Positions 1 to 11,703 of a DNA stretch of 64,000 bases are shown here, piece after piece. Under the pieces are notes generated by a model. The model was not told the origin of the DNA. It saw only the letters and a list, made by a program, of their open reading frames with translations, and did not search any database. The stretch's first letter is position 1, and each line of letters begins with the position of its first letter. Origin of the DNA: Escherichia coli (GTDB taxonomy: Bacteria; Pseudomonadota; Gammaproteobacteria; Enterobacterales; Enterobacteriaceae); the NCBI RefSeq assembly GCF_044647545.1, contig NZ_CP172818.1, one strand, 5' to 3'. The translations under genes were made by a program, and so were the position numbers.

Positions 1-1182
1 TTTACCGCCATCGTGCTGTTTACCCTCGGTTCGCTGTTTTGCGCACTTTCCGCCACGTTAAACGAACTGTTGCTTGCTCGCGCGTTACAGGGCGTTGGCG
101 GCGCGATGATGGTGCCGGTCGGCAGGTTAACAGTGATGAAAATTGTTCCGCGTGAGCAATATATGGCGGCGATGACCTTTGTTACGCTGCCCGGTCAGGT
201 CGGCCCACTATTGGGTCCGGCGCTCGGCGGCCTGCTGGTGGAATACGCGTCCTGGCACTGGATCTTTTTGATCAACATACCGGTAGGGATTATCGGTGCG
301 ATTGCCACGCTGATGTTAATGCCAAACTACACCATGCAGACGCGGCGTTTCGATCTCTCCGGTTTTTTGTTGCTGGCGGTCGGCATGGCGGTATTAACGC
401 TGGCGCTGGATGGCAGTAAAGGCACGGGACTTTCACCGCTGGCGATTGCCGGACTGGCAGCGATTGGCGTGGTGGCACTGGTGCTTTATCTGCTGCACGC
501 CAGAAATAACAACCGCGCCCTGTTCAGCCTGAAACTGTTCCGCACCCGTACCTTTTCGCTGGGCCTGGCGGGGAGCTTTGCCGGACGTATCGGCAGTGGC
601 ATGTTGCCCTTTATGACACCGGTTTTCTTACAGATTGGCCTCGGTTTCTCGCCGTTCCATGCCGGACTGATGATGATCCCGATGGTGCTCGGCAGCATGG
701 GAATGAAGCGAATTGTAGTGCAGGTGGTGAATCGCTTTGGCTACCGTCGGGTACTGGTGGCGACCACGCTGGGCCTGTCGCTGGTCACCCTGCTGTTTAT
801 GACTACCGCGCTGCTGGGCTGGTACTATGTTTTGCCGTTCGTCCTGTTTTTACAAGGGATGGTCAACTCGACGCGTTTCTCCTCCATGAACACCCTGACG
901 CTGAAAGATCTCCCGGACAATCTGGCGAGCAGCGGCAACAGCCTGCTATCGATGATTATGCAATTGTCGATGAGTATCGGCGTCACTATCGCCGGGCTGT
1001 TGCTGGGACTTTTTGGTTCACAGCATGTCAGCGTCGACAGCGGCACCACACAAACCGTCTTTATGTACACCTGGCTTAGCATGGCGTTTATCATCGCCCT
1101 TCCGGCGTTCATCTTTGCCAGAGTGTCGAACGATACGCATCAAAATGTCGCTATTTCGCGGCGAAAAAGGAGCGCGCAATGA
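1..1182 (+). CDS. mdtD: MFS efflux transporter MdtD (YegB), 3' portion; 5' end lies outside the window
   Basis: ORF 13..1182 is hydrophobic with multiple TM segments; recognised as MdtD; immediately upstream of baeSR as in the mdtABCD-baeSR operon; stop overlaps baeS start. Confidence 0.85.
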   Translation, partial: FTAIVLFTLGSLFCALSATLNELLLARALQGVGGAMMVPVGRLTVMKIVPREQYMAAMTFVTLPGQVGPLLGPALGGLLVEYASWHWIFLINIPVGIIGAIATLMLMPNYTMQTRRFDLSGFLLLAVGMAVLTLALDGSKGTGLSPLAIAGLAAIGVVALVLYLLHARNNNRALFSLKLFRTRTFSLGLAGSFAGRIGSGMLPFMTPVFLQIGLGFSPFHAGLMMIPMVLGSMGMKRIVVQVVNRFGYRRVLVATTLGLSLVTLLFMTTALLGWYYVLPFVLFLQGMVNSTRFSSMNTLTLKDLPDNLASSGNSLLSMIMQLSMSIGVTIAGLLLGLFGSQHVSVDSGTTQTVFMYTWLSMAFIIALPAFIFARVSNDTHQNVAISRRKRSAQ

Positions 1183-2582
1183 AGTTCTGGCGACCCGGTA
1201 TTACCGGCAAACTGTTTCTGGCGATTTTCGCCACCTGCATTGTCTTGCTGATCAGTATGCACTGGGCGGTGCGTATCAGTTTTGAGCGTGGCTTTATTGA
1301 TTACATCAAGCATGGTAATGAACAACGGCTGCAAATGCTCGGCGATGCGCTTGGTGAGCAGTACGCCCAGCACGGGAACTGGCGCTTCCTGCGTAATAAC
1401 GATCGCTTTGTATTTCAGATCCTACGTTCGCTGGAGCATGATAACAACGAAGATAAGCCCGGCCCCGGTATGCCGCCACACGGCTGGCGCACGCAATTCT
1501 GGGTGGTTGATCAAAACAACAAAGTGCTGGTTGGCCCGCGAGCACCGATTCCACCAGACGGCACACGGCGGCCCATTATGGTCAATGGGGCGGAAGTGGG
1601 TGCGGTGATCGCCTCCCCTGTTGAACGACTGACCCGCAATACCGATATCAATTTTGACAGACAACAGAGGCAAACCAGTTGGCTGATTGTCGCTTTATCT
1701 ACCTTGTTAGCGGCGCTGGCGACATTCCCACTGGCGCGCGGTTTGCTGGCTCCGGTCAAACGACTGGTGGACGGTACACACAAACTGGCAGCGGGCGATT
1801 TCACTACTCGCGTGACGCCCACCAGTGAAGATGAATTGGGCAAACTGGCGCAAGACTTCAACCAGCTCGCCAGCACCCTGGAGAAAAACCAACAGATGCG
1901 CCGCGATTTTATGGCCGATATCTCCCACGAGCTGCGCACGCCTTTAGCGGTACTGCGCGGCGAACTGGAAGCTATTCAGGATGGCGTGCGTAAATTCACG
2001 CCGGAGACGGTGGCGTCTTTACAGGCGGAAGTCGGTACACTGACCAAACTGGTTGACGATCTCCATCAGTTGTCGATGTCTGATGAAGGCGCTCTCGCCT
2101 ATCAAAAAGCACCGGTAGATTTGATCCCACTGCTGGAAGTGGCGGGCGGCGCATTTCGCGAACGATTCGCCAGCCGTGGCCTGAAACTGCAATTTTCCCT
2201 GCCAGACAGTATTACCGTATTTGGCGATCGCGACCGTTTAATGCAGTTATTCAATAACTTACTGGAAAACAGCCTGCGCTACACTGACAGCGGCGGTAGC
2301 CTGAAAATCTCTGCCGAGCAGCACGACAAAACGGTGCGCCTGACCTTTGCCGACAGCGCGCCGGGCGTCAGTGACGATCAGCTACAAAAATTGTTTGAAC
2401 GTTTTTATCGCACCGAAGGCTCCCGCAACCGAGCCAGCGGCGGTTCCGGGCTGGGGCTGGCGATTTGCCTGAACATTGTTGAAGCACATAATGGTCGCAT
2501 TATTGCTGCCCATTCGCCTTTTGGCGGGGTAAGCATTACAGTAGAGTTACCGCTGGAACGGGATTTACAGAGAGAAGTATGA
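1179..2582 (+). CDS. baeS: Envelope-stress sensor histidine kinase BaeS
   Basis: 467 aa; N-terminal TM/periplasmic region, HAMP, H-box ([11 protein letters not shown]), HATPase G-boxes (GGSGLGLAI); start overlaps mdtD stop. Confidence 0.93.
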
Positions 2583-3301
2583 CCGAGTTACCAATCGACG
2601 AAAACACGCCACGTATTTTGATCGTGGAAGATGAACCGAAGCTGGGGCAGTTACTCATTGATTATCTGCGTGCTGCGAGCTATGCGCCGACGCTTATCAG
2701 CCACGGCGATCAGGTACTGCCATATGTGCGCCAGACACCACCGGATCTGATCCTGTTGGATCTGATGCTCCCTGGCACCGATGGCCTGACGTTGTGTCGG
2801 GAGATTCGTCGTTTTTCTGACATTCCGATCGTGATGGTGACAGCAAAAATCGAAGAGATCGACCGCCTGCTCGGGCTGGAGATTGGCGCAGATGACTACA
2901 TCTGCAAACCGTACAGCCCACGGGAAGTGGTAGCGCGCGTCAAAACCATTTTGCGCCGTTGCAAACCGCAGCGTGAGTTGCAGCAACAGGATGCTGAAAG
3001 CCCGTTGATTATCGACGAAGGTCGTTTTCAGGCTTCATGGCGCGGAAAAATGCTTGACCTGACGCCTGCGGAATTTCGTCTGCTGAAAACGCTCTCTCAT
3101 GAACCAGGAAAAGTGTTCTCCCGCGAGCAGTTGCTGAACCATCTTTATGACGACTACCGCGTAGTAACCGACCGCACCATCGACAGCCACATTAAAAACC
3201 TGCGCCGCAAGCTGGAATCTCTCGACGCCGAACAGTCATTTATCCGCGCCGTTTACGGCGTCGGTTACCGCTGGGAAGCCGACGCCTGCCGCATCGTTTA
3301 A
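2579..3301 (+). CDS. baeR: OmpR-family response regulator BaeR
   Basis: 240 aa; receiver domain (ILIVEDEP ... [11 protein letters not shown]) plus winged-helix C-terminus; start overlaps baeS stop. Confidence 0.93.
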
Positions 3302-3480
3302 CATTTTTACCTGCCGGAGAAGGCATTCACGCCACATCCGGCAGCATTATCCCGCGCATTGTCGGCTATCTGACATTATCTCTCCGCCCTGGCAAGCACC
3401 TGAAAATCGCTCATACTTTAATCGGCAAACAGTCCTTTTAGATGCTGTTTTCGATACGCAATTTCAATCAAGGAGTCATT

Positions 3481-3813
3481 ATGGCTGGTTGGTTTGAACT
3501 CAGTAAGAGCAGTGATAATCAATTCCGGTTTGTGCTAAAAGCGGGCAATGGTGAGACTATCCTCACCAGCGAGCTGTATACCTCAAAAGCCTCTGCGGAA
3601 AAGGGCATCGCGTCGGTACGTAGCAACAGCCCGCAAGAAGAACGCTATGAGAAAAAAACGGCAAGCAACGGCAAATTCTATTTCAATCTGAAAGCCGCCA
3701 ATCATCAAATTATCGGCTCCAGCCAGATGTACGCCACCGCGCAATCTCGTGAAACCGGAATTGCCTCCGTTAAAGCCAATGGCACAAGCCAGACGGTAAA
3801 AGATAATACGTAA
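3481..3813 (+). CDS. yegP: DUF1508/UPF0339 family protein YegP
   Basis: 110 aa from ATG at 3481, preceded by AGGAG RBS; internally duplicated ~50-aa module; the longer ORF start at 3442 lacks an RBS. Confidence 0.8.
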   Translation: MAGWFELSKSSDNQFRFVLKAGNGETILTSELYTSKASAEKGIASVRSNSPQEERYEKKTASNGKFYFNLKAANHQIIGSSQMYATAQSRETGIASVKANGTSQTVKDNT

Positions 3814-3855
3814 TGACGATGCCGGGCGTGGGTTGTTGGCGTCCGGCTTTATATC

Positions 3856-4550
<695 letters not shown>

Positions 4551-4653
4551 AACCCGCCGATTGCGCTACAATGCCCGCCCTTAAAGTGGGGGCACTCCCC
4601 TAACCGCTTCATCAGGTGAAGCGGATCTGACCTGTCATCAGAACGAGAGAATT

Positions 4654-6015
4654 ATGTTTAAACCGGAACTCCTTTCCCCGGCGGGAACGCTGAAAAATAT
4701 GCGTTACGCTTTCGCTTATGGCGCAGATGCTGTTTATGCGGGCCAGCCGCGTTACTCCCTGCGTGTGCGCAACAACGAATTCAACCACGAAAATCTTCAG
4801 CTCGGCATCAATGAAGCCCACGCGCTGGGGAAAAAGTTTTATGTCGTGGTCAACATTGCACCGCACAACGCCAAGCTGAAAACCTTTATCCGTGACCTGA
4901 AACCGGTGGTGGAGATGGGGCCGGATGCGCTGATTATGTCCGATCCAGGGCTGATTATGCTGGTGCGCGAGCACTTCCCTGAAATGCCGATCCACCTCTC
5001 GGTGCAGGCTAACGCCGTGAACTGGGCGACGGTGAAATTCTGGCAGCAAATGGGACTGACCCGCGTGATCCTCTCTCGCGAGCTGTCGCTGGAAGAGATT
5101 GAAGAGATCCGTAATCAGGTGCCGGATATGGAGATCGAGATCTTCGTTCACGGTGCGCTGTGCATGGCCTACTCCGGTCGCTGCCTGCTCTCTGGCTATA
5201 TCAACAAGCGCGACCCGAACCAGGGCACCTGCACCAACGCCTGCCGCTGGGAGTACAACGTCCAGGAAGGGAAAGAAGATGACGTTGGCAACATCGTGCA
5301 CAAGTACGAGCCGATTCCGGTGCAAAATGTTGAGCCGACGCTGGGCATCGGCGCGCCAACCGACAAAGTGTTTATGATCGAAGAAGCTCAGCGTCCGGGC
5401 GAGTATATGACTGCGTTTGAAGATGAGCACGGCACTTACATCATGAACTCGAAAGATCTGCGCGCTATCGCCCACGTTGAACGCCTGACCAAAATGGGCG
5501 TGCATTCGCTGAAAATCGAAGGTCGTACAAAATCTTTCTACTATTGCGCACGCACCGCGCAGGTTTACCGTAAAGCTATCGATGACGCAGCTGCGGGAAA
5601 ACCATTCGATACCAGCCTGCTGGAAACTCTGGAAGGTCTGGCGCATCGTGGCTATACCGAAGGTTTCCTGCGTCGTCATACTCACGACGATTATCAGAAC
5701 TACGAATACGGTTATTCAGTTTCTGACCGCCAGCAGTTTGTTGGTGAGTTTACCGGTGAGCGCAAGGGCGACCTCGCGGCGGTAGCGGTGAAAAATAAAT
5801 TCTCCGTTGGCGACAGCCTTGAGCTGATGACGCCGCAAGGGAACATTAACTTTACCCTTGAGCATATGGAAAACGCCAAAGGCGAAGCAATGCCGGTCGC
5901 ACCGGGCGATGGTTATACTGTGTGGATCCCGGTCCCGCAGGATCTTGAGCTAAATTACGCGCTGCTGATGCGTAATTTCTCCGGGGAAACCACGCGTAAC
6001 CCCCACGGTAAGTGA
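4654..6015 (+). CDS. yegQ: Peptidase U32-family protein YegQ (TrhP, tRNA ho5U34 hydroxylation)
   Basis: 453 aa; U32 family features including conserved Cys cluster (CMAYSGRCLLSGY ... CTNACRW); recognised as YegQ. Confidence 0.9.
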   Translation: MFKPELLSPAGTLKNMRYAFAYGADAVYAGQPRYSLRVRNNEFNHENLQLGINEAHALGKKFYVVVNIAPHNAKLKTFIRDLKPVVEMGPDALIMSDPGLIMLVREHFPEMPIHLSVQANAVNWATVKFWQQMGLTRVILSRELSLEEIEEIRNQVPDMEIEIFVHGALCMAYSGRCLLSGYINKRDPNQGTCTNACRWEYNVQEGKEDDVGNIVHKYEPIPVQNVEPTLGIGAPTDKVFMIEEAQRPGEYMTAFEDEHGTYIMNSKDLRAIAHVERLTKMGVHSLKIEGRTKSFYYCARTAQVYRKAIDDAAAGKPFDTSLLETLEGLAHRGYTEGFLRRHTHDDYQNYEYGYSVSDRQQFVGEFTGERKGDLAAVAVKNKFSVGDSLELMTPQGNINFTLEHMENAKGEAMPVAPGDGYTVWIPVPQDLELNYALLMRNFSGETTRNPHGK

Positions 6016-6099
6016 TTAATTTCGATTATTTTTCCCGGATGGAAAATTCTTAGAAACCGATCACATACAGCTGCATTTATTAAGGTTATCATCCGTTTC

Positions 6100-6190
6100 G
6101 CTGAAAAACATAACCCATAAAATGCTAGCTGTACCAGGAACCACCTCCTTAGCCTGTGTAATCTCCCTTACACACACGGGCTTATTTTTT
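6100..6190 (+). ncRNA. cyaR: Hfq-dependent, CRP-activated small RNA CyaR (RyeE)
   Basis: Near-exact match to remembered CyaR sequence (GCTGAAAAACATAACCCATAAAATGCTAGCTGTACCAGGAACCACCTCCTTAGCCTGTGTAATCTCCCTTACAC...GGGCTTATTTTTT) ending in hairpin plus U-tract; located just after yegQ as expected. Confidence 0.85.
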
Positions 6191-6348
6191 ATGCATAAGC
6201 CCTATCTCTGGTAACCGTCTTCCATTGACCACATCGATAGAATCCTCCTTCATAGCACGATGCCTTTCACTTATCGGCATCGTGCTCCCACAGGTTCCGG
6301 CTACGCACAGCCAGAACGCGCATGTTTGACGCTTACCAAAAAATATTC

Positions 6349-6666
6349 TCACTCTCCACATTTGAATGTCAGACGAGCGACGCCATGTAATCCTGCACCT
6401 TCTGTCTTCAGGTCAACTATCTGCATTTTTTTTCCCTGAGTAACACAGAAATGAGCTGCATCATTTTTTACTATATTTTCTGCACCAGAAATTCTGCCCC
6501 TGGCTAAAGAAGCTTCGGCTTCGGTGTAGTATTGGTTATCGAGTTTACGCTGAATATTACTTTTATATGCAAGGCCAAATTTACCGATACTTGTCTCATC
6601 ATTATGCACAGCACAACCAGACATAAGAAAAACACTAATTAATGATATAGCAGCTATCTTTTTCAT
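6349..6666 (-). CDS. yegR: Small lipoprotein YegR
   Basis: 105 aa from internal Met (MKKIAAISLISVFLMSGC: signal peptide plus lipobox); ORF-track start at 6726 is a likely over-extension. Confidence 0.75.
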   Translation of the reverse strand: MKKIAAISLISVFLMSGCAVHNDETSIGKFGLAYKSNIQRKLDNQYYTEAEASLARGRISGAENIVKNDAAHFCVTQGKKMQIVDLKTEGAGLHGVARLTFKCGE

Positions 6667-7080
6667 CTTACCTTCCCCCATTAAATACCAACGACACGCT
6701 CTGGTGTTTAAATATAATAATGGCATGATTATTATATTTGAATAGGATTATAATAAATGTTCTGTACAACATTTCCTACATAAGTAGGAATTACAGACAC
6801 GGATGCCCTTCCGGGTAACCCCATGGGGGGGTTAATATATTTTTAATAGTATATTGAAGATGCCACTGTTTAGTTGAATATTAGGTATATGCTCTTTTTT
6901 GAAATTTATCGGTGGCTGCCGTTAGTATTCGCTGTCCCCATTGCAAGCTCCTGGTGGTAACCACTGAATCTTCCATACTTGAACTGACTTTTTATCCTCC
7001 GACTTTCATCCTGTTCTGACTCTACCTTTTCTTTTCTGCTCTACACTATCTACAGACCAATCATAAAGGCACATACGATC

Positions 7081-7980
7081 ATGGCAGAATTTCCCGCCAG
7101 CTTACTGATTCTTAATGGCAAAAGTACTGACAATCTACCCCTGCGCGAAGCAATTATGCTGTTGCGTGAGGAAGGAATGACGATCCATGTGCGGGTCACC
7201 TGGGAGAAAGGCGATGCCGCACGATATGTAGAGGAGGCCCGGAAGTTGGGCGTCGCAACGGTGATTGCCGGTGGTGGCGATGGCACCATTAATGAAGTTT
7301 CTACGGCGTTGATTCAGTGTGAGGGGGATGACATACCCGTGCTGGGAATTTTGCCATTAGGAACCGCCAATGATTTTGCCACCAGTGTAGGGATTCCTGA
7401 GGCACTGGATAAGGCGCTGAAACTGGCAATTGCCGGTAACGCCATTGCGATAGATATAGCGCAGGTCAACAAACAAACCTGTTTTATTAATATGGCGACA
7501 GGCGGATTTGGGACGCGTATTACCACAGAAACGCCGGAAAAATTAAAAGCCGCGCTGGGTGGCGTCTCTTACATCATTCATGGCTTAATGCGCATGGATA
7601 CTCTGCAACCGGACCGTTGTGAAATCCGCGGTGAAAACTTTCACTGGCAAGGTGACGCCCTGGTCATTGGTATTGGTAACGGGCGTCAGGCCGGTGGCGG
7701 TCAACAATTGTGCCCGAACGCGTTAATTAACGATGGCTTGCTGCAACTGCGCATTTTTACCGGCGATGAAATTCTTCCGGCTCTCGTATCAACCTTAAAA
7801 TCTGACGAAGATAACCCGAATATTATCGAAGGCGCTTCGTCGTGGTTTGATATACAAGCCCCACACGAAATCACTTTTAATCTTGATGGCGAACCGTTGA
7901 GCGGACAAAACTTTCATATTGAAATACTTCCGGCGGCGTTGCGTTGTCGATTACCACCGGATTGTCCATTATTGCGTTAA
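7081..7980 (+). CDS. yegS: Lipid kinase YegS (DAG-kinase catalytic-domain family)
   Basis: 299 aa; diacylglycerol-kinase-like motif ([13 protein letters not shown]); recognised as YegS. Confidence 0.9.
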   Translation: MAEFPASLLILNGKSTDNLPLREAIMLLREEGMTIHVRVTWEKGDAARYVEEARKLGVATVIAGGGDGTINEVSTALIQCEGDDIPVLGILPLGTANDFATSVGIPEALDKALKLAIAGNAIAIDIAQVNKQTCFINMATGGFGTRITTETPEKLKAALGGVSYIIHGLMRMDTLQPDRCEIRGENFHWQGDALVIGIGNGRQAGGGQQLCPNALINDGLLQLRIFTGDEILPALVSTLKSDEDNPNIIEGASSWFDIQAPHEITFNLDGEPLSGQNFHIEILPAALRCRLPPDCPLLR

Positions 7981-8014
7981 TCAAACTATTCTCTCTTGAA
8001 CCAGGGAAAATCCG

Positions 8015-8051
8015 TAATGCCGGATGCGGTGTAAACAACTTATCCGGCATA
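8015..8051. repeat. REP (repetitive extragenic palindromic) element
   Basis: Palindromic GCCGGATGCGGTGTAAACAACTTATCCGGCATAC motif between the convergent yegS and gatR. Confidence 0.6.
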
Positions 8052-8061
8052 CAGAACAATA

Positions 8062-8841
8062 CTACACCGTAATTAATTTCACTCGTGTCTTCTGCAATGC
8101 CAGTTTATCCACCTCTGACACAGCATCGTCGGTAATAATAATGTCAATTTTTTCGATTGGCAGTACCTGATTAAAACCGCGACGATTAAATTTCGATGAA
8201 TCGAGAACGGCAATCACTTTATTTGCGGCTGTGACCATCGCCCCGCTAATCGAATAGCCTTCATTAAAGGTCGTAATACCATTAACCGCATCAATACCAT
8301 CAGCACCGACAAACATTAAATCGGCATTAATATCCTGCAATGAACGCTCAGCAATGGAGCCATGCATCGAGCGCGTTTTATGGCGGACCGTGCCACCGCA
8401 GACGACCAGAGTAATGTCTTTATTTTCGGAAAGGGCAAATGCTGCCGGGAGACTGTTGGTAATCACCGTGATATTTTTGGCGGTCATTAATCCTTCGGCG
8501 ATAAGCATTGTCGTACTTCCGCTGTCGAGAATAACGGTCATCCCTTCGTGGATCATTTTGACTGCCGCCTGCGCTATTCTGTTTTTTGGCGCGCTGGCGA
8601 GCTGAAATCGCTCTTTAAACCCGACTTCCTGGGTCTCGGTTTCACTATTACCGGACATTATTTTCGCCGCACCGCCATGAAAGCGCGTAACCACGCCTTT
8701 TTGTTCGAGAAAGCGCAAATCGGCACGGATTGTCGCTTCCGAGGCAGCAAATACTCCCGCCAGATCCTGAACAAGCACGGTTCCCTGTTCATTCACTAAT
8801 TGGATGATCTTATTCCTTCGCTCGAATGAATTCATCGTCAT
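8062..8841 (-). CDS. gatR: DeoR-family repressor GatR of the galactitol operon, intact
   Basis: 259 aa uninterrupted; N-terminal HTH, C-terminal DeoR sugar-binding domain; directly upstream of gatD on the same strand. Confidence 0.88.
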   Translation of the reverse strand: MTMNSFERRNKIIQLVNEQGTVLVQDLAGVFAASEATIRADLRFLEQKGVVTRFHGGAAKIMSGNSETETQEVGFKERFQLASAPKNRIAQAAVKMIHEGMTVILDSGSTTMLIAEGLMTAKNITVITNSLPAAFALSENKDITLVVCGGTVRHKTRSMHGSIAERSLQDINADLMFVGADGIDAVNGITTFNEGYSISGAMVTAANKVIAVLDSSKFNRRGFNQVLPIEKIDIIITDDAVSEVDKLALQKTRVKLITV

Positions 8842-8940
8842 TTACCCATATTCAATTGTGGCTAGTGTAAACGAAGGGGGACCATTGGTGAATGATCTGT
8901 TTTGCACAATACCGGGCCAGCATCACGCTGGCCCGCGGTT

Positions 8941-9981
8941 TCAGGGAATGAGCAACACTTTGCCCGGCATAGCATTACGAGCGATGTCACGCACCGCCTG
9001 GGCGAAGCTTTCAAAGCTTCCACGGTGAGCGATTAATGGCTCCAGGCTTAACTTACGTTCTGTCAGCAACCGGCTCGCCGTTTCCCACTCCTGCCCCGGC
9101 CAAGGGCTGGAGTAGTTCATCCAACTGCCGATAACCGTCAGCTCTTTACGCAATATTTTGCCAAACGTTGCCGATGTTAAATGCAGATCCTGATGCAACG
9201 TGCCCACCAGCGCCAGCTGGGCATGAGGCCCGGCAATCTCTACCGCCAGTTCGACGGTTTGCGGGACGCCAGCCGTCTCGAGGATAAGCTGATTAAAGCG
9301 CAGCTCGCGTAAAACGCCCTGCATTTGCGGCGCGCTCATTTCAAGGCTGTTAAATGTTTGCATCGCACCGAAAGATTTTGCCAGTGCCAGTTTTTCTGAG
9401 CTAATGTCGATAGCCGTCACACTCTTTGCTCCCAGCGCGACAGCGCACTGAATGGCCAGCAGGCCAATGGTTCCGGCACCAATAATAATAACGTTTTTAT
9501 TCTCACAACCTTGCGCTAAATGAAAAGCATGCAGGCCAACGGTAATCGGTTCAATAAAAGCCCCTTCCTCAATAGGCATATCCGCAGGTAGAGCAAAGAC
9601 ATTTTTCCGCTTAACGACAATATATTCGGCAACCCCACCATCACGCCGTGAGCCAATAAAATCATATTTTGCGCACTGGGAATAAAACCCTTTCAGACAC
9701 TCTGGACAAGTAAAACAGGGTAATAACGGCACACAGGCAACCGCATCGCCAGGATGTAAATCATCAACACCGGATCCCACCGCATCAATATAGCCGCTAA
9801 ATTCATGGCCTAACGTTATTGGATAATAATGTGCACCATTTTTAAATATCCTGGGTAAATCGGAACCACATACGCCCGAGCTGGCAATTTTTACCCGCAC
9901 CTCATCCTGATGATTAATTTCAGGAATGACTCGTTCTTCAACGCGCACGATACCATCAGTATCATTCACCACTGATTTCAT
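8941..9981 (-). CDS. gatD: Galactitol-1-phosphate 5-dehydrogenase (Zn-dependent)
   Basis: 346 aa; MDR/Zn-ADH motifs (GHEFSG, Cys cluster CFTCPEC, Rossmann GAGTIG). Confidence 0.92.
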   Translation of the reverse strand: MKSVVNDTDGIVRVEERVIPEINHQDEVRVKIASSGVCGSDLPRIFKNGAHYYPITLGHEFSGYIDAVGSGVDDLHPGDAVACVPLLPCFTCPECLKGFYSQCAKYDFIGSRRDGGVAEYIVVKRKNVFALPADMPIEEGAFIEPITVGLHAFHLAQGCENKNVIIIGAGTIGLLAIQCAVALGAKSVTAIDISSEKLALAKSFGAMQTFNSLEMSAPQMQGVLRELRFNQLILETAGVPQTVELAVEIAGPHAQLALVGTLHQDLHLTSATFGKILRKELTVIGSWMNYSSPWPGQEWETASRLLTERKLSLEPLIAHRGSFESFAQAVRDIARNAMPGKVLLIP

Positions 9982-10029
9982 AAAAACTCCTGATTGGTTA
10001 AGGGGGATATTCTCCCCCTCAGGTAAAAA

Positions 10030-11385
10030 TTATTCTGCGAGAACGGCTTTCTCTTGTTTGGTAAAGCCGCGCGCTCTACGCCAGGTCATGAAAATACCGG
10101 TGAGATAAATGACGCCGATAATAATGAAACCGGGAATATTTTGCGGGGAGAAAACCTGAATCAGTAACCAGGTAATAGGAGAACCGCCCTGATCCATTGA
10201 AGCCACCATACCCCCGGCTTTTAACGCCCCAGCATTAGCCGCCAGTTGGGTGTGCAAACCAATAGTTTGCGTCGCGATCCACAGGGTGATGCTCATAATG
10301 ATGACACCCGAGATTAAGGTGCGGAACAGATTTCCACGATGCACCGCGACCGCCATCGCCACGAAGAAGCCGATAGTTGCAAGATCGCCAAACGGCAGCA
10401 CCTGATTACCCGGAACACAAACAGCAATTAAAATGGTGAGAGGGATAAAAATCAGGCTTGCCGATACCACCGCCGTATGCCCCAGCAACAACGCCGGATC
10501 AAGGCCAATCAGGAACTCCTGACCGCCGAACTTCGCCTGTAAACGACTACGGGCCTGCTTAGCGATGGGCGTTAAACCATCCATGATAGGTTTAATCACC
10601 CGTGGCATCAGCAGCATAACTGCCGCCGTTTTTACCGCCAGCTGCAATACACCTTTGACATCGTAACCCGCAAGGATGCCGATAATCAGCCCCATCACAA
10701 AACCCACGGTGACCGGTTCGCCAAAAGGGCCAAATTTGCGCTGAATATCATCGGCGCTAAATTTAATTCGGTTAACGCCTGGGATTTTCTCGATGATAGC
10801 ATCGACCAGCACCGCAATCGGCCCCATATACGCCGACGTACCGTGCGGAATAGCAATGCCTTCCAGCTCAAAGAAATTTCGGGTATCGCGGGCAAACCAG
10901 TCGCCGAGCTTATAAACAAACGCCGCGTGAATTACCACACCCGCCATCCCTATCATCCATGAACCGGTTGCCAGATGCAGCAACGCGCCGGTGAAGGTCA
11001 TATGCCAGATATTCCAGATATCAACATTTACCACCCGCGTCATACGGGTCAGTAACATCGCCACGTTAACCAGAATCGCAATCGGAATCGCCACCAGCGC
11101 AATTTGCGACGCCCAGGTCATGGGTGAAGAGCCCGGCCAGCCGACATCGACCACATGCAGATTCAGGTCGAAATTTTCCGCCATCGCTTTCGCCGCCGGA
11201 CCAATGGAATCCAGCATTAAGCCAATCACAAGGCCAATGCCAACAAAGCCAATCCCGATATGCAGACCCGCTTTAAAGCAATCGCCTGCCTTCATGCCTA
11301 ATATTTTAGAAAAAATAATGATGACAATCGGCAGCATCACCGTAGGGCCGAGGTCGAGAATATAACGCATGACTTCTGAAAACAT
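10030..11385 (-). CDS. gatC: PTS galactitol-specific EIIC
   Basis: 451 aa polytopic membrane protein within gat operon order. Confidence 0.92.
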   Translation of the reverse strand: MFSEVMRYILDLGPTVMLPIVIIIFSKILGMKAGDCFKAGLHIGIGFVGIGLVIGLMLDSIGPAAKAMAENFDLNLHVVDVGWPGSSPMTWASQIALVAIPIAILVNVAMLLTRMTRVVNVDIWNIWHMTFTGALLHLATGSWMIGMAGVVIHAAFVYKLGDWFARDTRNFFELEGIAIPHGTSAYMGPIAVLVDAIIEKIPGVNRIKFSADDIQRKFGPFGEPVTVGFVMGLIIGILAGYDVKGVLQLAVKTAAVMLLMPRVIKPIMDGLTPIAKQARSRLQAKFGGQEFLIGLDPALLLGHTAVVSASLIFIPLTILIAVCVPGNQVLPFGDLATIGFFVAMAVAVHRGNLFRTLISGVIIMSITLWIATQTIGLHTQLAANAGALKAGGMVASMDQGGSPITWLLIQVFSPQNIPGFIIIGVIYLTGIFMTWRRARGFTKQEKAVLAE

Positions 11386-11388
11386 AGG

Positions 11389-11673
11389 TCACCCCTGTAA
11401 GATAGTCAGAATTTTATTTTGTAATGCTTCGATACCGACACCAGAAACAAAAGGCATGCCGTGAACTAACGGAATATTGCCAAAACTACGATCCACCCTG
11501 GCAGTGGTGCATATCAAATGCACGCCATCCATATAGGTTTCTATTTCATTAACCCGACACTGGATTAATTCAACCGGAATATTATGACTCTGACACAACT
11601 CTTTAATTTCTTCCGCCGCCATCGTAGAGGTCGCAACCGCACCTCCGCAAGCGACAATAATTTTGCGTTTCAT
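11389..11673 (-). CDS. gatB: PTS galactitol-specific EIIB
   Basis: 94 aa; active-site Cys near N-terminus ([12 protein letters not shown]). Confidence 0.92.
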   Translation of the reverse strand: MKRKIIVACGGAVATSTMAAEEIKELCQSHNIPVELIQCRVNEIETYMDGVHLICTTARVDRSFGNIPLVHGMPFVSGVGIEALQNKILTILQG

Positions 11674-11703
11674 AAATAGTCCTTTTCATTGTTACAGAGG
11701 GAT

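Noticed and set aside
1013-1939. Multiple overlapping ORFs of 73-142 aa in both strands across the mdtD/baeS junction
   Set aside because: All overlap the recognised mdtD and baeS frames and lack independent start signals; frame shadows.
3442-3480. Upstream extension of yegP (ORF-track start at 3442)
   Set aside because: The downstream ATG at 3481 has a canonical AGGAG RBS and gives the 110-aa protein; the longer form adds a non-conserved leader with no RBS.
4612-5685. 357-aa antisense ORF opposite yegQ
   Set aside because: Lies entirely within the well-supported yegQ coding region on the other strand; atypical composition (R/H-rich); classic shadow ORF.
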